The translations under genes were made by a program, and so were the position numbers. Of a stretch of DNA of 52,734 bases, positions 9,338-18,936 are shown one piece after another. The DNA is taken from NCBI RefSeq assembly GCF_030651595.1, contig NZ_JAUSCH010000057.1, forward strand, positions 1 through 52,734. Reading direction: 5' to 3'. How positions within the stretch are numbered: the stretch's first letter is position 1; each line of letters opens with the position of its first letter. The notes beneath the pieces were generated by a model that made no database searches, was not told the origin of the DNA, and was given only the letters and a program-made list of their open reading frames with translations. Source of the stretch: Candidatus Oleimmundimicrobium sp. Its GTDB lineage: Bacteria > Actinomycetota > Aquicultoria > UBA3085 > Oleimmundimicrobiaceae.

Positions 9338-9388
9338 AAAAAATAACCCAGACTCGCTCAGCTTGATAGCTAAGCTAAGTTCTGGGTT
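9338..9388 (-). terminator. Terminator-like hairpin with U-run in the guaB3 leader
   Basis: Minus strand AACCCAGA..CTTAGCTT/AAGCTGAG..TCTGGGTT followed by ATTTTTT. Confidence 0.5.
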
Positions 9389-9435
9389 TGTTTCATTCTT
9401 AAAAATTCCTTCCCATAAAGTTCTAAAATTAATTA

Positions 9436-9464
9436 ATCTTACCCTTCTCTAAAAAAACTGTCAA
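9436..9464 (-). promoter_or_regulatory. Sigma70-type promoter for guaB3-guaA
   Basis: TTGACA-N17-TAAGAT on the minus strand. Confidence 0.65.
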
Positions 9465-9491
9465 GAATAAGAAGGCAACAAACATAAAGTT

Positions 9492-9537
9492 AGATAAAAG
9501 AAAATCCCTTATTAAAATAAGGGATTTTCTTTTATCT
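9492..9537 (-). terminator. Intrinsic terminator after groEL
   Basis: Perfect IR AGATAAAAGAAAATCCCTTATT / AATAAGGGATTTTCTTTTATCT. Confidence 0.8.
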
Positions 9538-9563
9538 TTTTACTAAATTAATTAGAGAAGAGC

Positions 9564-11192
<1,629 letters not shown>

Positions 11193-11216
11193 TTAGCTCT
11201 TTCGCCTCCTTTAAAA

Positions 11217-11507
11217 TTATTTTTTTACGATAGCTAAAATATCGCTTTCTCTTAATATGAGATATTCTTTGCCTTCTACTTTAGTTTCTGTCCCACCGTA
11301 CTTTGAATAAAGGACTTTGTCGCCCTTTTTTACTTCAAGAGGAATTTTTTTGCCACTCTCGTCTCGATTTCCGCTGCCTACGGCAACAATCTCACCCTCT
11401 TGAGGTTTTTCCTTGGCGGTATCTGGAATAACTATTCCGCTTTTGGTTTTCTCCTCGCCTTTATCAGGCTTCACAACCACACGATCTCCTAAAGGCTGTA
11501 AATTCAT
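11217..11507 (-). CDS. groS: Co-chaperonin GroES
   Basis: [23 protein letters not shown]; start set at the second Met, after a GGGGG RBS. Confidence 0.97.
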   Translation of the reverse strand: MNLQPLGDRVVVKPDKGEEKTKSGIVIPDTAKEKPQEGEIVAVGSGNRDESGKKIPLEVKKGDKVLYSKYGGTETKVEGKEYLILRESDILAIVKK

Positions 11508-11540
11508 AATCAACCCCCCTATCAATAATATTTATAATTT

Positions 11541-11567
11541 TTAGCACTCTTACAAGTAGAGTGCTAA
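11541..11567. promoter_or_regulatory. CIRCE element (HrcA operator)
   Basis: Perfect TTAGCACTC-N9-GAGTGCTAA upstream of groES. Confidence 0.95.
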
Positions 11568-11583
11568 TTTAATTAACAAAAAT

Positions 11584-11612
11584 ATATTACAACAACAAAA
11601 TTGTAAAATCAA
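11584..11612 (-). promoter_or_regulatory. Sigma70-type promoter for groESL
   Basis: TTGATT-N17-TAATAT just upstream of CIRCE. Confidence 0.65.
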
Positions 11613-11615
11613 CTA

Positions 11616-13154
11616 TCAATAAGCTCGGTTTTTAGAATAAATAATAAAGAGGAAACAACCAAAAGAAATTAAAATGCAACAGTAGGAAAAGAGATTGCCA
11701 AATCTTCTATAAAAACTCTTCCCTTCTTTTAACGTAACTTCGTCTAACAAATATCTTCTTTCAAAGAGAGCCGTTTCTGACAATACTCGTCCTCTTGAAT
11801 CTATAACCGCAGATATGCCGGTGTTTGCCGCTTGAACCACAAAGAAATCATTTTCAACTGCCCGCAGCACCGCCATGGATAGATGCTGCTCCGCTGCTGC
11901 TGTTCTTTTAAACCAACCATCGTTTGTTATAACCACAAGCATCTCCGCTCCTTTTGAAGCTAAACGATGAACAAGAAGAGAATCGGCTGATTCAAAGCAG
12001 ATAACTGTCGAAAACTTTCCTCTATCAGTCTCAAATACCGCCAATTTATCACCGGCTGACATATCCTCGGTAACAGCAGCAACGGCTTTAATATTAGAAA
12101 AAAGCGGTCTTAGGGGAACATATTCTCCAAATGGAACTAAATGTAATTTATCATAATGACCCAATTTTTCACCTTCGGGAGAAAAGATAAAAACGGAATT
12201 AAAATAACAACCCTTTTCTTCACGAAGTCCTCCCACTATAAGATAACTGTTTGTTTCTTTAGCAAGACTTTTAATCTCTTTTAGGTACTCTTTTTCCCTC
12301 ATCAAATAGGCCGGAGTCGCTGTTTCGGGCCAAATTATAAATTGTGGCTTCTTTTCAGCCGCCTTCCGGGCTAACTTAAGATGAATGTTAAAAATATCTT
12401 CTTTTTTCATTGGTTCCCATTTTATTTCCTGCGGAATACTCGGCTGTAAAATTGCGATTTTAGTTGTATTTTCATTTTTTTGAGAGCCCAATAAATTAAA
12501 ATACCCGATCCCTGTCAGCAAAAAAACTCCAATCAATACCACAATTATATTTTTCGAAAAAACCTTAACAGAATTTTTTAAAGACCAGCTTGGGCAAAAA
12601 GCAGATATATAACTTTCGGCAATAAACTCGTTAACAAAAACCAGAAGAAACGATATTCCAAAAACTCCGGCCCATCTTGCAATTTGAATGACAGGAAGAA
12701 AATTATGCTGGCTATAGCCGAGAACCCCCCACGAAAAACCCCAGGGGCCAATTGAACGAATAAATTCTATGGAGACCCAAAGAGCAGGAATAAAAATTAA
12801 TCTAAGCGGTTTTTTAAAATAACTGTGGATAAGTTTTGCTCCCAATCCAAAAAGCAAAATGAAAATGGCTTGGCATAAAATTAGACTAAAGCCCGCAAGT
12901 AATCCAAAAATGAATAGCCAGTAAAGGAGGCCTCCGAAAAAAACTATTCCTGCCATCAAGCTACAAAACAAGGCGCCTTTGAAAGAAGAATGATAAATGG
13001 CAAAAAGTAATGGAGCTAAAGCAAACCAAGCCACAAAAAACCAGTTAAACCTGGGGAAAGCCAAAACCAACAAACATCCCGACATTGCCGCTAAAAATAA
13101 ATTAATAATTCCCAATTTGTTTTTCGTGATTTTTTGAGTATCCATTAATGACAT
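11616..13154 (-). CDS. lnt: Apolipoprotein N-acyltransferase
   Basis: Multiple TM helices plus nitrilase triad motifs IWPETA, YDKLHLVPFGEYVP and ICFES; TNDGWF. Confidence 0.93.
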   Translation of the reverse strand: MSLMDTQKITKNKLGIINLFLAAMSGCLLVLAFPRFNWFFVAWFALAPLLFAIYHSSFKGALFCSLMAGIVFFGGLLYWLFIFGLLAGFSLILCQAIFILLFGLGAKLIHSYFKKPLRLIFIPALWVSIEFIRSIGPWGFSWGVLGYSQHNFLPVIQIARWAGVFGISFLLVFVNEFIAESYISAFCPSWSLKNSVKVFSKNIIVVLIGVFLLTGIGYFNLLGSQKNENTTKIAILQPSIPQEIKWEPMKKEDIFNIHLKLARKAAEKKPQFIIWPETATPAYLMREKEYLKEIKSLAKETNSYLIVGGLREEKGCYFNSVFIFSPEGEKLGHYDKLHLVPFGEYVPLRPLFSNIKAVAAVTEDMSAGDKLAVFETDRGKFSTVICFESADSLLVHRLASKGAEMLVVITNDGWFKRTAAAEQHLSMAVLRAVENDFFVVQAANTGISAVIDSRGRVLSETALFERRYLLDEVTLKEGKSFYRRFGNLFSYCCILISFGCFLFIIYSKNRAY

Positions 13155-13297
13155 AAATTTTATCGCCTTTTAAACTAGATATCCAAATGTGCTTTTAAAA
13201 AATCTTTTCCATAGGGACACAACTTCATAAAAAGGAGAAATCAAAGTTATCCACATTATCCACAGATAAGAGAAATATTAAATTAGTTTACATAAAT

Positions 13298-14356
13298 CTA
13301 AATTTCCTTTACCAAAGACAGGTTTGGATCAGCATTTGCGTCTAGCGAACAAACTATTTCTTCCCCATATTTATCTGCCTTCCGGTAACGATAGTAACCC
13401 ACACAAGCAATCATAGCAGCATTATCGGTACAAAGAGGAAGTGAGGAATAAAAAAGTTCTTTGCCTATCTTGGCTGCTTCCTTTTTTAATCGCTCTCTAA
13501 GAGATTTGTTCGCGGCAACTCCTCCAGCCAAAACTATCTCATCAACAGTTCTTTCTCTGGCTGCTCGAAGAGTTTTATGAATTTGAACATCTATTACCGC
13601 AGCTTGAAAACTTGCGCATAAGTCGGGAATATTTACTTCTTTACCTTCCGCCTTAAGTTTTGAAATATAATTTAAAACGGCTGTCTTGAGACCGCTTAAA
13701 CTAAAATCATAATTATTGGTATTAATCATAGCTCTGGGAAAATTTATGGCCTTAGAATTTCCTTTTGCAGCCAACTTATCTATTATTGGACCACCGGGAT
13801 AACCTAAACCCAAAAACTTAGCTATTTTGTCAAACGCCTCTCCGGCCGCATCATCCAAGGTTTCTCCAAGAACTTCATATTCTCCAAAATCCCCCATATA
13901 AACCAGAGCCGTGTGCCCACCTGAAACAACGAGAGCAATTAAGGGCGGTTTAAGGTTTGGGTGCTCAAGAAAATTAGCCAAAATATGAGCTTCAATATGA
14001 TTTACACATATAAGAGGAAGTTTTGTCGCATAAGAAAGTCCCTTGGCAACACCTAAACCCACCAACAACGCTCCTACCAAACCGGGGCCCCGAGTAACCG
14101 CGATGGCATCAATATCATCCAAGGTAACATTTGCCTCGAGCAACGCCTCTTCTATAACAGGGCTTATGAGTTCCACGTGTTTTCTGGAAGCAATCTCAGG
14201 CACTACCCCGTTAAACTTTTGATGCCATTTAACTTGAGACGCGATAATATTCGACAAAATCCTCTTGCCATCAGCCACAACCGCCGCAGCGGTTTCATCA
14301 CAAGATGTTTCTATTCCTAAAATTAAAGTTTCCTGGCTCAAATCTGTGTTATTCAT
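13298..14356 (-). CDS. tsaD: tRNA t6A threonylcarbamoyltransferase TsaD
   Basis: [29 protein letters not shown] and CTDNAAMI motifs. Confidence 0.97.
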   Translation of the reverse strand: MNNTDLSQETLILGIETSCDETAAAVVADGKRILSNIIASQVKWHQKFNGVVPEIASRKHVELISPVIEEALLEANVTLDDIDAIAVTRGPGLVGALLVGLGVAKGLSYATKLPLICVNHIEAHILANFLEHPNLKPPLIALVVSGGHTALVYMGDFGEYEVLGETLDDAAGEAFDKIAKFLGLGYPGGPIIDKLAAKGNSKAINFPRAMINTNNYDFSLSGLKTAVLNYISKLKAEGKEVNIPDLCASFQAAVIDVQIHKTLRAARERTVDEIVLAGGVAANKSLRERLKKEAAKIGKELFYSSLPLCTDNAAMIACVGYYRYRKADKYGEEIVCSLDANADPNLSLVKEI

Positions 14357-14359
14357 ACT

Positions 14360-14881
14360 TTATACCTCATTAAATTTAATAGAATCTCTAATACTTTGTA
14401 ATTTATTTTTATAATTGGCTGAATTTAAGTCATCAACAACCATAATCACCGCATCTTCTCCACTATCAGAATAGTAATTTTTTCTTAAACCTAACACCCG
14501 AAAACCAAATTTTTCATAAAATTTTAAGGCAATTAAGTTTGATTTTCTCAACTCAAGAAAAAGACGCTTGCTCCCTCTATCCTGAGCTGCTCTTATTAAT
14601 TTTAATAAGAGCATACTGCCAATTTTCTTCCGTCTATAGCTTTCATTAATAGCAATGTTTGTTATATGCGCCTCAATTTTGTTAAATATGGCTCCTGCGT
14701 ATCCAATAATCTTGCCACCAACTTTTGCCACAAAATAAGATGCATAATCAGGCTGTCTTAATTGCTCTTTAAAAACTTCAGCCGGCCAGGGGGAGGAAAA
14801 AACTTTTTTCTCAATTTTAACAACCTCTTCGATGTCACTGAAATGCATGGGCGATATCTTAATCCTTCTCCCTTTCAGCAT
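14360..14881 (-). CDS. rimI: Ribosomal-protein alanine N-acetyltransferase RimI
   Basis: GNAT fold: ITNIAI..YRRKKIG, LELRKSN..A..FYEKFGF, RKNYY; tsaB-rimI-tsaD synteny. Confidence 0.9.
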   Translation of the reverse strand: MLKGRRIKISPMHFSDIEEVVKIEKKVFSSPWPAEVFKEQLRQPDYASYFVAKVGGKIIGYAGAIFNKIEAHITNIAINESYRRKKIGSMLLLKLIRAAQDRGSKRLFLELRKSNLIALKFYEKFGFRVLGLRKNYYSDSGEDAVIMVVDDLNSANYKNKLQSIRDSIKFNEV

Positions 14882-14902
14882 TCTCTTTCGCCTTCCATCG
14901 CT

Positions 14903-15613
14903 TTACTCCTGAGCCTGTGTTTTTTTCCACATTTCCTCGGCAATAGGAATTCGAGCATAAATTGGCACAAGCGTTAGATAGTTATCGTATGCACCACTTT
15001 CTAATCTAATAAACGCCAAATCTTTTATACTCGAGGCCTTGGGGCACCACATCTCCGATGAAGCAAAATTTACTTTTCTTATCCGTTTTTTAAAGAGAGA
15101 CCCATATAACTTTAACCCGTCTCCAACTAAAATAATCTCACCATCCTGATTTATGTTGTTTAACTTATCAGATAACTTTTCAGAAGAAAGAGCTTCATAA
15201 TTAGTTAAACGTTGAATCCCTTCATTAGAACATTTATAAAGACAGGAGTAGACTTCTTTCCTCTTGGCATCCACAACAGCACAAACCAGGCCACTATCAA
15301 GACTGAGATTTTTAGCCAGCGCGTCTAAAGAAGAGATGCCAATAATTGGTTTTTTTAAACCCTGGGCAAGACCTTTGGCAATGGAAACGCCAATCCTTAC
15401 CCCTGTAAAAGAACCGGGACCAAGGCCAACCGCAACTACATCAATATCTCTTATATCACAGCCAACATCGGATAATAATGAATCCACTAAAGGCAAAAGC
15501 TTTTGCATATGACCTTGTGGTGCATAAATACTGCGTTCTCCCAAAAGAACATCTTTTTTGCCTATCGCAACCGTGCAGAAATCACTCGACGTATCGAAAG
15601 CAAGTAACAGCAT
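14903..15613 (-). CDS. tsaB: tRNA t6A biosynthesis protein TsaB
   Basis: LAFDTSS, GPGSFTGVRIG, DAKRKEVY; start moved to MLLL after AAAGGAG. Confidence 0.95.
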   Translation of the reverse strand: MLLLAFDTSSDFCTVAIGKKDVLLGERSIYAPQGHMQKLLPLVDSLLSDVGCDIRDIDVVAVGLGPGSFTGVRIGVSIAKGLAQGLKKPIIGISSLDALAKNLSLDSGLVCAVVDAKRKEVYSCLYKCSNEGIQRLTNYEALSSEKLSDKLNNINQDGEIILVGDGLKLYGSLFKKRIRKVNFASSEMWCPKASSIKDLAFIRLESGAYDNYLTLVPIYARIPIAEEMWKKTQAQE

Positions 15614-15865
15614 GAAATCTCCTTTCTTTATTGAAATCATATCAACTGACAACCTTTTTGAGAACTAAAATGTTATATGCCTGTCAAAACTGCTCTTTCA
15701 GCACAGAAAATTACAGCATTTGTAAACATTTTGGTTATAAACTGAATGGCTTTTAAGATAGAGCAGAATGTTATATATTAAATATAGAGAGGTAGTAATT
15801 ATCGGGTTGTTTGTTCTCAAGTTTTTTTGAAAAGATAGCGTTATTAAACTCTATATTTTTAATTT

Positions 15866-16040
15866 GCCGGAAAGACAGATTAAGGTGTTTCGATTGATAA
15901 CTGCATGACGCGGCTTTAGTTACCGAGCCATGCGGAGATTCATTGAAACATTTGGCATAAGGCATTAGCTTAAGGACGGAACTCCATTGCTTGACACCGA
16001 AAAAGGTAGCCAGCAAGTGGAGGTGCCCGCCGACTGGGCC
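15866..16040. ncRNA. Possible structured RNA of unknown family
   Basis: Locally GC-richer intergenic segment with nested complementary stems (15884-88/15994-98, 15903-15/15926-33, 15934-41/15979-85, 16025-28/16036-39); no family recognised. Confidence 0.25.
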
Positions 16041-16562
16041 TCAAATCTCTGAGGTACTCTTGCCGGAGCGACAGTCTTTCCGGCTTTCTTTTAACCATTT
16101 TTTAGCTATTTTTTTCCAACGTCCACCATGAGGTATTATATCTATTTCTCTAATGTTTTCTTCCAAAAGACGTCTAAATTTTATCTCTAAAAAATCCTTA
16201 GGTAAAAGAGGAGCTACTTTATCACCCCACTCAATAACCGTAATACCATCCCCAAAAAAATATTCTTCATAACCAATATCTAACATTTCTTGCAAAGATT
16301 TAAGGCGATAAACATCAAAGTGGTAAAAAGGTAAATTTGATAAGCTCATATATTCTTTAATTAGAGCGAAGGTTGGGCTGGTTATCTTCATATTAATTCT
16401 CAAACCATGCGCTAATCCTTTGACAAAACACGTTTTACCCGCGCCTAAATCACCCGTTAAGCTAATAACATCTCCCGCTTGAAGAAATTGTGCTAATCCT
16501 TCAGCTAGCTTTTGAGTTTCAGAAACAGATTTTGTTAAAACAATAAGCTCGTTTCCTTTCAC
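16041..16562 (-). CDS. tsaE: tRNA t6A biosynthesis ATPase TsaE
   Basis: GDLGAGKT, SPTF, HFDVYRL and IEW motifs. Confidence 0.96.
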   Translation of the reverse strand: MKGNELIVLTKSVSETQKLAEGLAQFLQAGDVISLTGDLGAGKTCFVKGLAHGLRINMKITSPTFALIKEYMSLSNLPFYHFDVYRLKSLQEMLDIGYEEYFFGDGITVIEWGDKVAPLLPKDFLEIKFRRLLEENIREIDIIPHGGRWKKIAKKWLKESRKDCRSGKSTSEI

Positions 16563-16569
16563 TCTTCTC

Positions 16570-17172
16570 CTAAAAAAACATTAACTGTTCTGTAGTTTCT
16601 TCTTTTTGAGCCAATTTATCAACTTTGCTGCTTAACAACTCTTTAAGTATTAAAAAATCGGCCTTAAGCTTGTCGAGGTTGGTTCTTTGATATAAAGCCG
16701 CAGCTGGGTGATAGATAGGAAATATATAATAGCCGTTACCGTCAAAACACTTGCCCCGAACCTTTGAAATGGGAACATTTTTATCCAAAATAACCTGAGT
16801 CGCAAACCTACCAAGCGTGCAAACAACCTTGGGTTTAATTATCTCTATCTGTTTCAATAAAAATGGTTTACATGTTTCAATTTCACTCGGTAAAGGATCT
16901 CTGTTTTTGGGAGGCCTACATTTTAAAACGTTGGCAATATAAATTTGGTCTCTTACAAGTCCAATTGAGTCCAATAATTTATCAAGTAGCTTCCCCGCGG
17001 CACCCACAAAAGGTTTTCCCTGTATGTCCTCATTGCACCCAGGTGCTTCTCCCACAAACACCAAATCAGCATTTTCATTACCAGCTCCAAAAACAATGTT
17101 TGTCCTCGTTTTACCAAGAGAACACCTCTGACAATCTTTTAACTCTTCATAAAACTCCGCTAAAGTTTCCAC
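16570..17172 (-). CDS. Family-4 (Fe-S) uracil-DNA glycosylase
   Basis: [27 protein letters not shown] and YHPAA motifs; start reassigned to GTG at 17172 after AAGGAG because the upstream extension belongs to the FmdB gene. Confidence 0.92.
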   Translation of the reverse strand: METLAEFYEELKDCQRCSLGKTRTNIVFGAGNENADLVFVGEAPGCNEDIQGKPFVGAAGKLLDKLLDSIGLVRDQIYIANVLKCRPPKNRDPLPSEIETCKPFLLKQIEIIKPKVVCTLGRFATQVILDKNVPISKVRGKCFDGNGYYIFPIYHPAAALYQRTNLDKLKADFLILKELLSSKVDKLAQKEETTEQLMFF

Positions 17173-17197
17173 CGAAAAGAAACACTCCTTTCTTAAT

Positions 17198-17413
17198 TTA
17201 ACTACAGCCATCACAACTGGAGGCCGAACAAGTGCCTCAGCTCGAAGCAACTCCGCCATTGGTCTCTCCTTTGAGACCAAAGCTGGAAAAGAGCTTTAAT
17301 ATATCCTTTGAGCCACAATGAGGGCATTTTAAATCATTGTTTTCTTTGCCCACACCAACGAGTAACTCAAATTTTTTATTACATTTCGAACATCTATATT
17401 CAAAAATAGGCAT
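17198..17413 (-). CDS. FmdB-family zinc-ribbon protein with in-frame UGA (candidate selenoprotein), 71 aa
   Basis: Manual translation MPIFEYRCSKCNKKFELLVGVGKENNDLKCPHCGSKDILKLFSSFGLKGETNGGVASS-UGA-GTCSASSCDGCS-UAA; AGGTGA RBS; UGA at 17239-17237; absent from the ORF track (58 aa before UGA). Confidence 0.85.
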
Positions 17414-17600
17414 CTTATCACCTTTTCAATTCTATCAATTTAACAAAAAAGCTGCAATTGATAGATTCCCGCGCCTTTAAATTATTAAATCTTCAATTTA
17501 AAAAACTATTAATTTAGCCATTTTTAAACTTTTAGGATTATAATTTATCTAAAGCTAAATAGACAATCAAATTAATTACAATAACTTAAGGAGGCAAACC

Positions 17601-17900
17601 GTGTCTTTTGAAAAGAAAAGAGAGATAAAAGTCAACTTTCCTGAAAGCATGCAAGGCGGAGTCTATACAAACAATACAATTATAACTCACACCAAAGAAG
17701 AGTTTATTATGGATTTTCTTATGGTTGCTCCCCCTTCTGGAGCAGTAACGGCCCGCGTCATCACCAGCCCGGGACACATGAAACGCATTCTTGCAGCTTT
17801 ACAAGAAAACATCTCTAAATATGAACAAAAATTTGGGGAAATCAAAGCTTCAGCGGCACCTATGGAAACTATCGGTTTTGTTCCGCCAACGAAGCATTAA
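17601..17900 (+). CDS. DUF3467 family protein
   Basis: GVYTN...HTKEEFIMDF...ARVITSPGHMKRILAALQENI..YE..FGEI; AGGAGG RBS. Confidence 0.85.
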   Translation: MSFEKKREIKVNFPESMQGGVYTNNTIITHTKEEFIMDFLMVAPPSGAVTARVITSPGHMKRILAALQENISKYEQKFGEIKASAAPMETIGFVPPTKH

Positions 17901-17950
17901 TTGATGGTTTAAGTGTTAGGAGAACGGATTAAAATAAACTACCACTAGCC

Positions 17951-18103
17951 AAATAGCCCGGCTTTACATCCTCGATAGCCAATGGCTCGCTCACTGCCAT
18001 TCGCTCAATAGCTAATAGTTCAAACCATCTGCTATATGCCATTCGCCATCAGCTAGTTGCCATATCATTTAAATACAAACTCTGGTCACCAGCTACCAGC
18101 CGC
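17951..18103. repeat. ~60-bp repeat element plus 7-bp repeat tract
   Basis: 17951-18012 closely matches 25482-25540; followed by CCATCTG CTATATG CCATTCG CCATCAG. Confidence 0.7.
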
Positions 18104-18104
18104 C

Positions 18105-18376
18105 AGGAAAATTAAAAGTATAAACTTTCATTGTTTTTATTTTTTAAACCCCGTGGGCCGGGTAGACAGCGACCCTCCAAAGGCGAGCAAGCCCTCCTGT
18201 GGCGGGTAAACATATGAGCACATTAACCTAATTTATATACCATATCATTTTTAGGCGTAAAAATAGGTTGTTCAGGAAGTGAGTTGAAGCTGTCTGACCC
18301 CGGAGTGAAACAAGGGGGAGTTCTGCCTGGTACAGGCCCGCATCGGGGGCAGGCGATCCAGAGCTGTTATCCGACC
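18105..18376 (+). repeat. Structured intergenic repeat module (MITE/REPIN-like)
   Basis: 18105-18179 matches 36395-36469 at 71/75 nt by eye; similarity continues through CATATGAGCAC and GGTTGTTCAGG..GAAGCTGT. Confidence 0.85.
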
Positions 18377-18391
18377 CACAAAAAAGAAATC

Positions 18392-18913
18392 TCAATCCAG
18401 GTATTCAACAACATCTTCGATTGGCATTCTGCTTGGTTTTACATTCTTACGAACAGGATATCCCAATGGAATTATCGCCAAAGGTTTTAAATTTTTGGGT
18501 AAGTCTAACAACTCTGCCACATTGTCTTCATAAAAAGCTCCTACCCAACAAACTCCAAGCCCTTCAGAGCAAGCTGCTAAAAGAATGTTTTCTGTTGCAG
18601 CAGCAGCGTCTTGAATTGCATAGAGTTCTCTTCCTCGAGTACCATATGCTTCACCACAAACATCTAAATTAGAACAAACAATGATGACTACAGGCGCCTC
18701 TGCTATAAATTGCTGGTTAATAGCGGCTGTTGTAAGCTTGTCTTTTAACTGAGGATTTCTTACAACCCAAAATCTCCAAGGCTGGACATCCCCGGCAGAC
18801 GGGGCCTGGCAAGCAGCCTCAAGAATTTTGTTAACAAGCTCAAGTGAAACATCTCTTGTTTCATCAAAAGACCTTGTGCTGCATCTTTTGTAAATTGCTT
18901 TATAGACATCCAT
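18392..18913 (-). CDS. Nitroreductase family protein
   Basis: IYKRCSTRSF, APSAGDVQPWRF and GLGVCWVG motifs. Confidence 0.9.
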   Translation of the reverse strand: MDVYKAIYKRCSTRSFDETRDVSLELVNKILEAACQAPSAGDVQPWRFWVVRNPQLKDKLTTAAINQQFIAEAPVVIIVCSNLDVCGEAYGTRGRELYAIQDAAAATENILLAACSEGLGVCWVGAFYEDNVAELLDLPKNLKPLAIIPLGYPVRKNVKPSRMPIEDVVEYLD

Positions 18914-18936
18914 AATATTCTCCTTAAAAATTGTTT

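Noticed and set aside
15955-15992. Fluoride-riboswitch-like words (GCAATGGAGTT...AAGCTAATG) on the minus strand
   Set aside because: Too short; the P1 partner and pseudoknot complement are missing, and there is no fluoride-related gene downstream
15771-16016. 81-aa minus-strand ORF between tsaE and tsaB
   Set aside because: No RBS or recognisable motif; overlaps the structured segment and AT-rich promoter DNA
15653-16040. tmRNA, SRP RNA, RNase P RNA or tRNA
   Set aside because: No GGGG 5' end or T-arm/CCA end, no GGAA/GCAGC SRP loop, no GAGGAAAGUCC, no cloverleaf
17173-17280. Long N-terminal extension of UDG given by the ORF track
   Set aside because: This DNA is the 3' end of the FmdB gene in another frame; a better RBS precedes GTG 17172
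18284-18490. ORFs over repeat modules (also 31315-31515 and 36427-36681)
   Set aside because: The frames are not conserved between repeat copies, and the insertions and indels ignore codon phase
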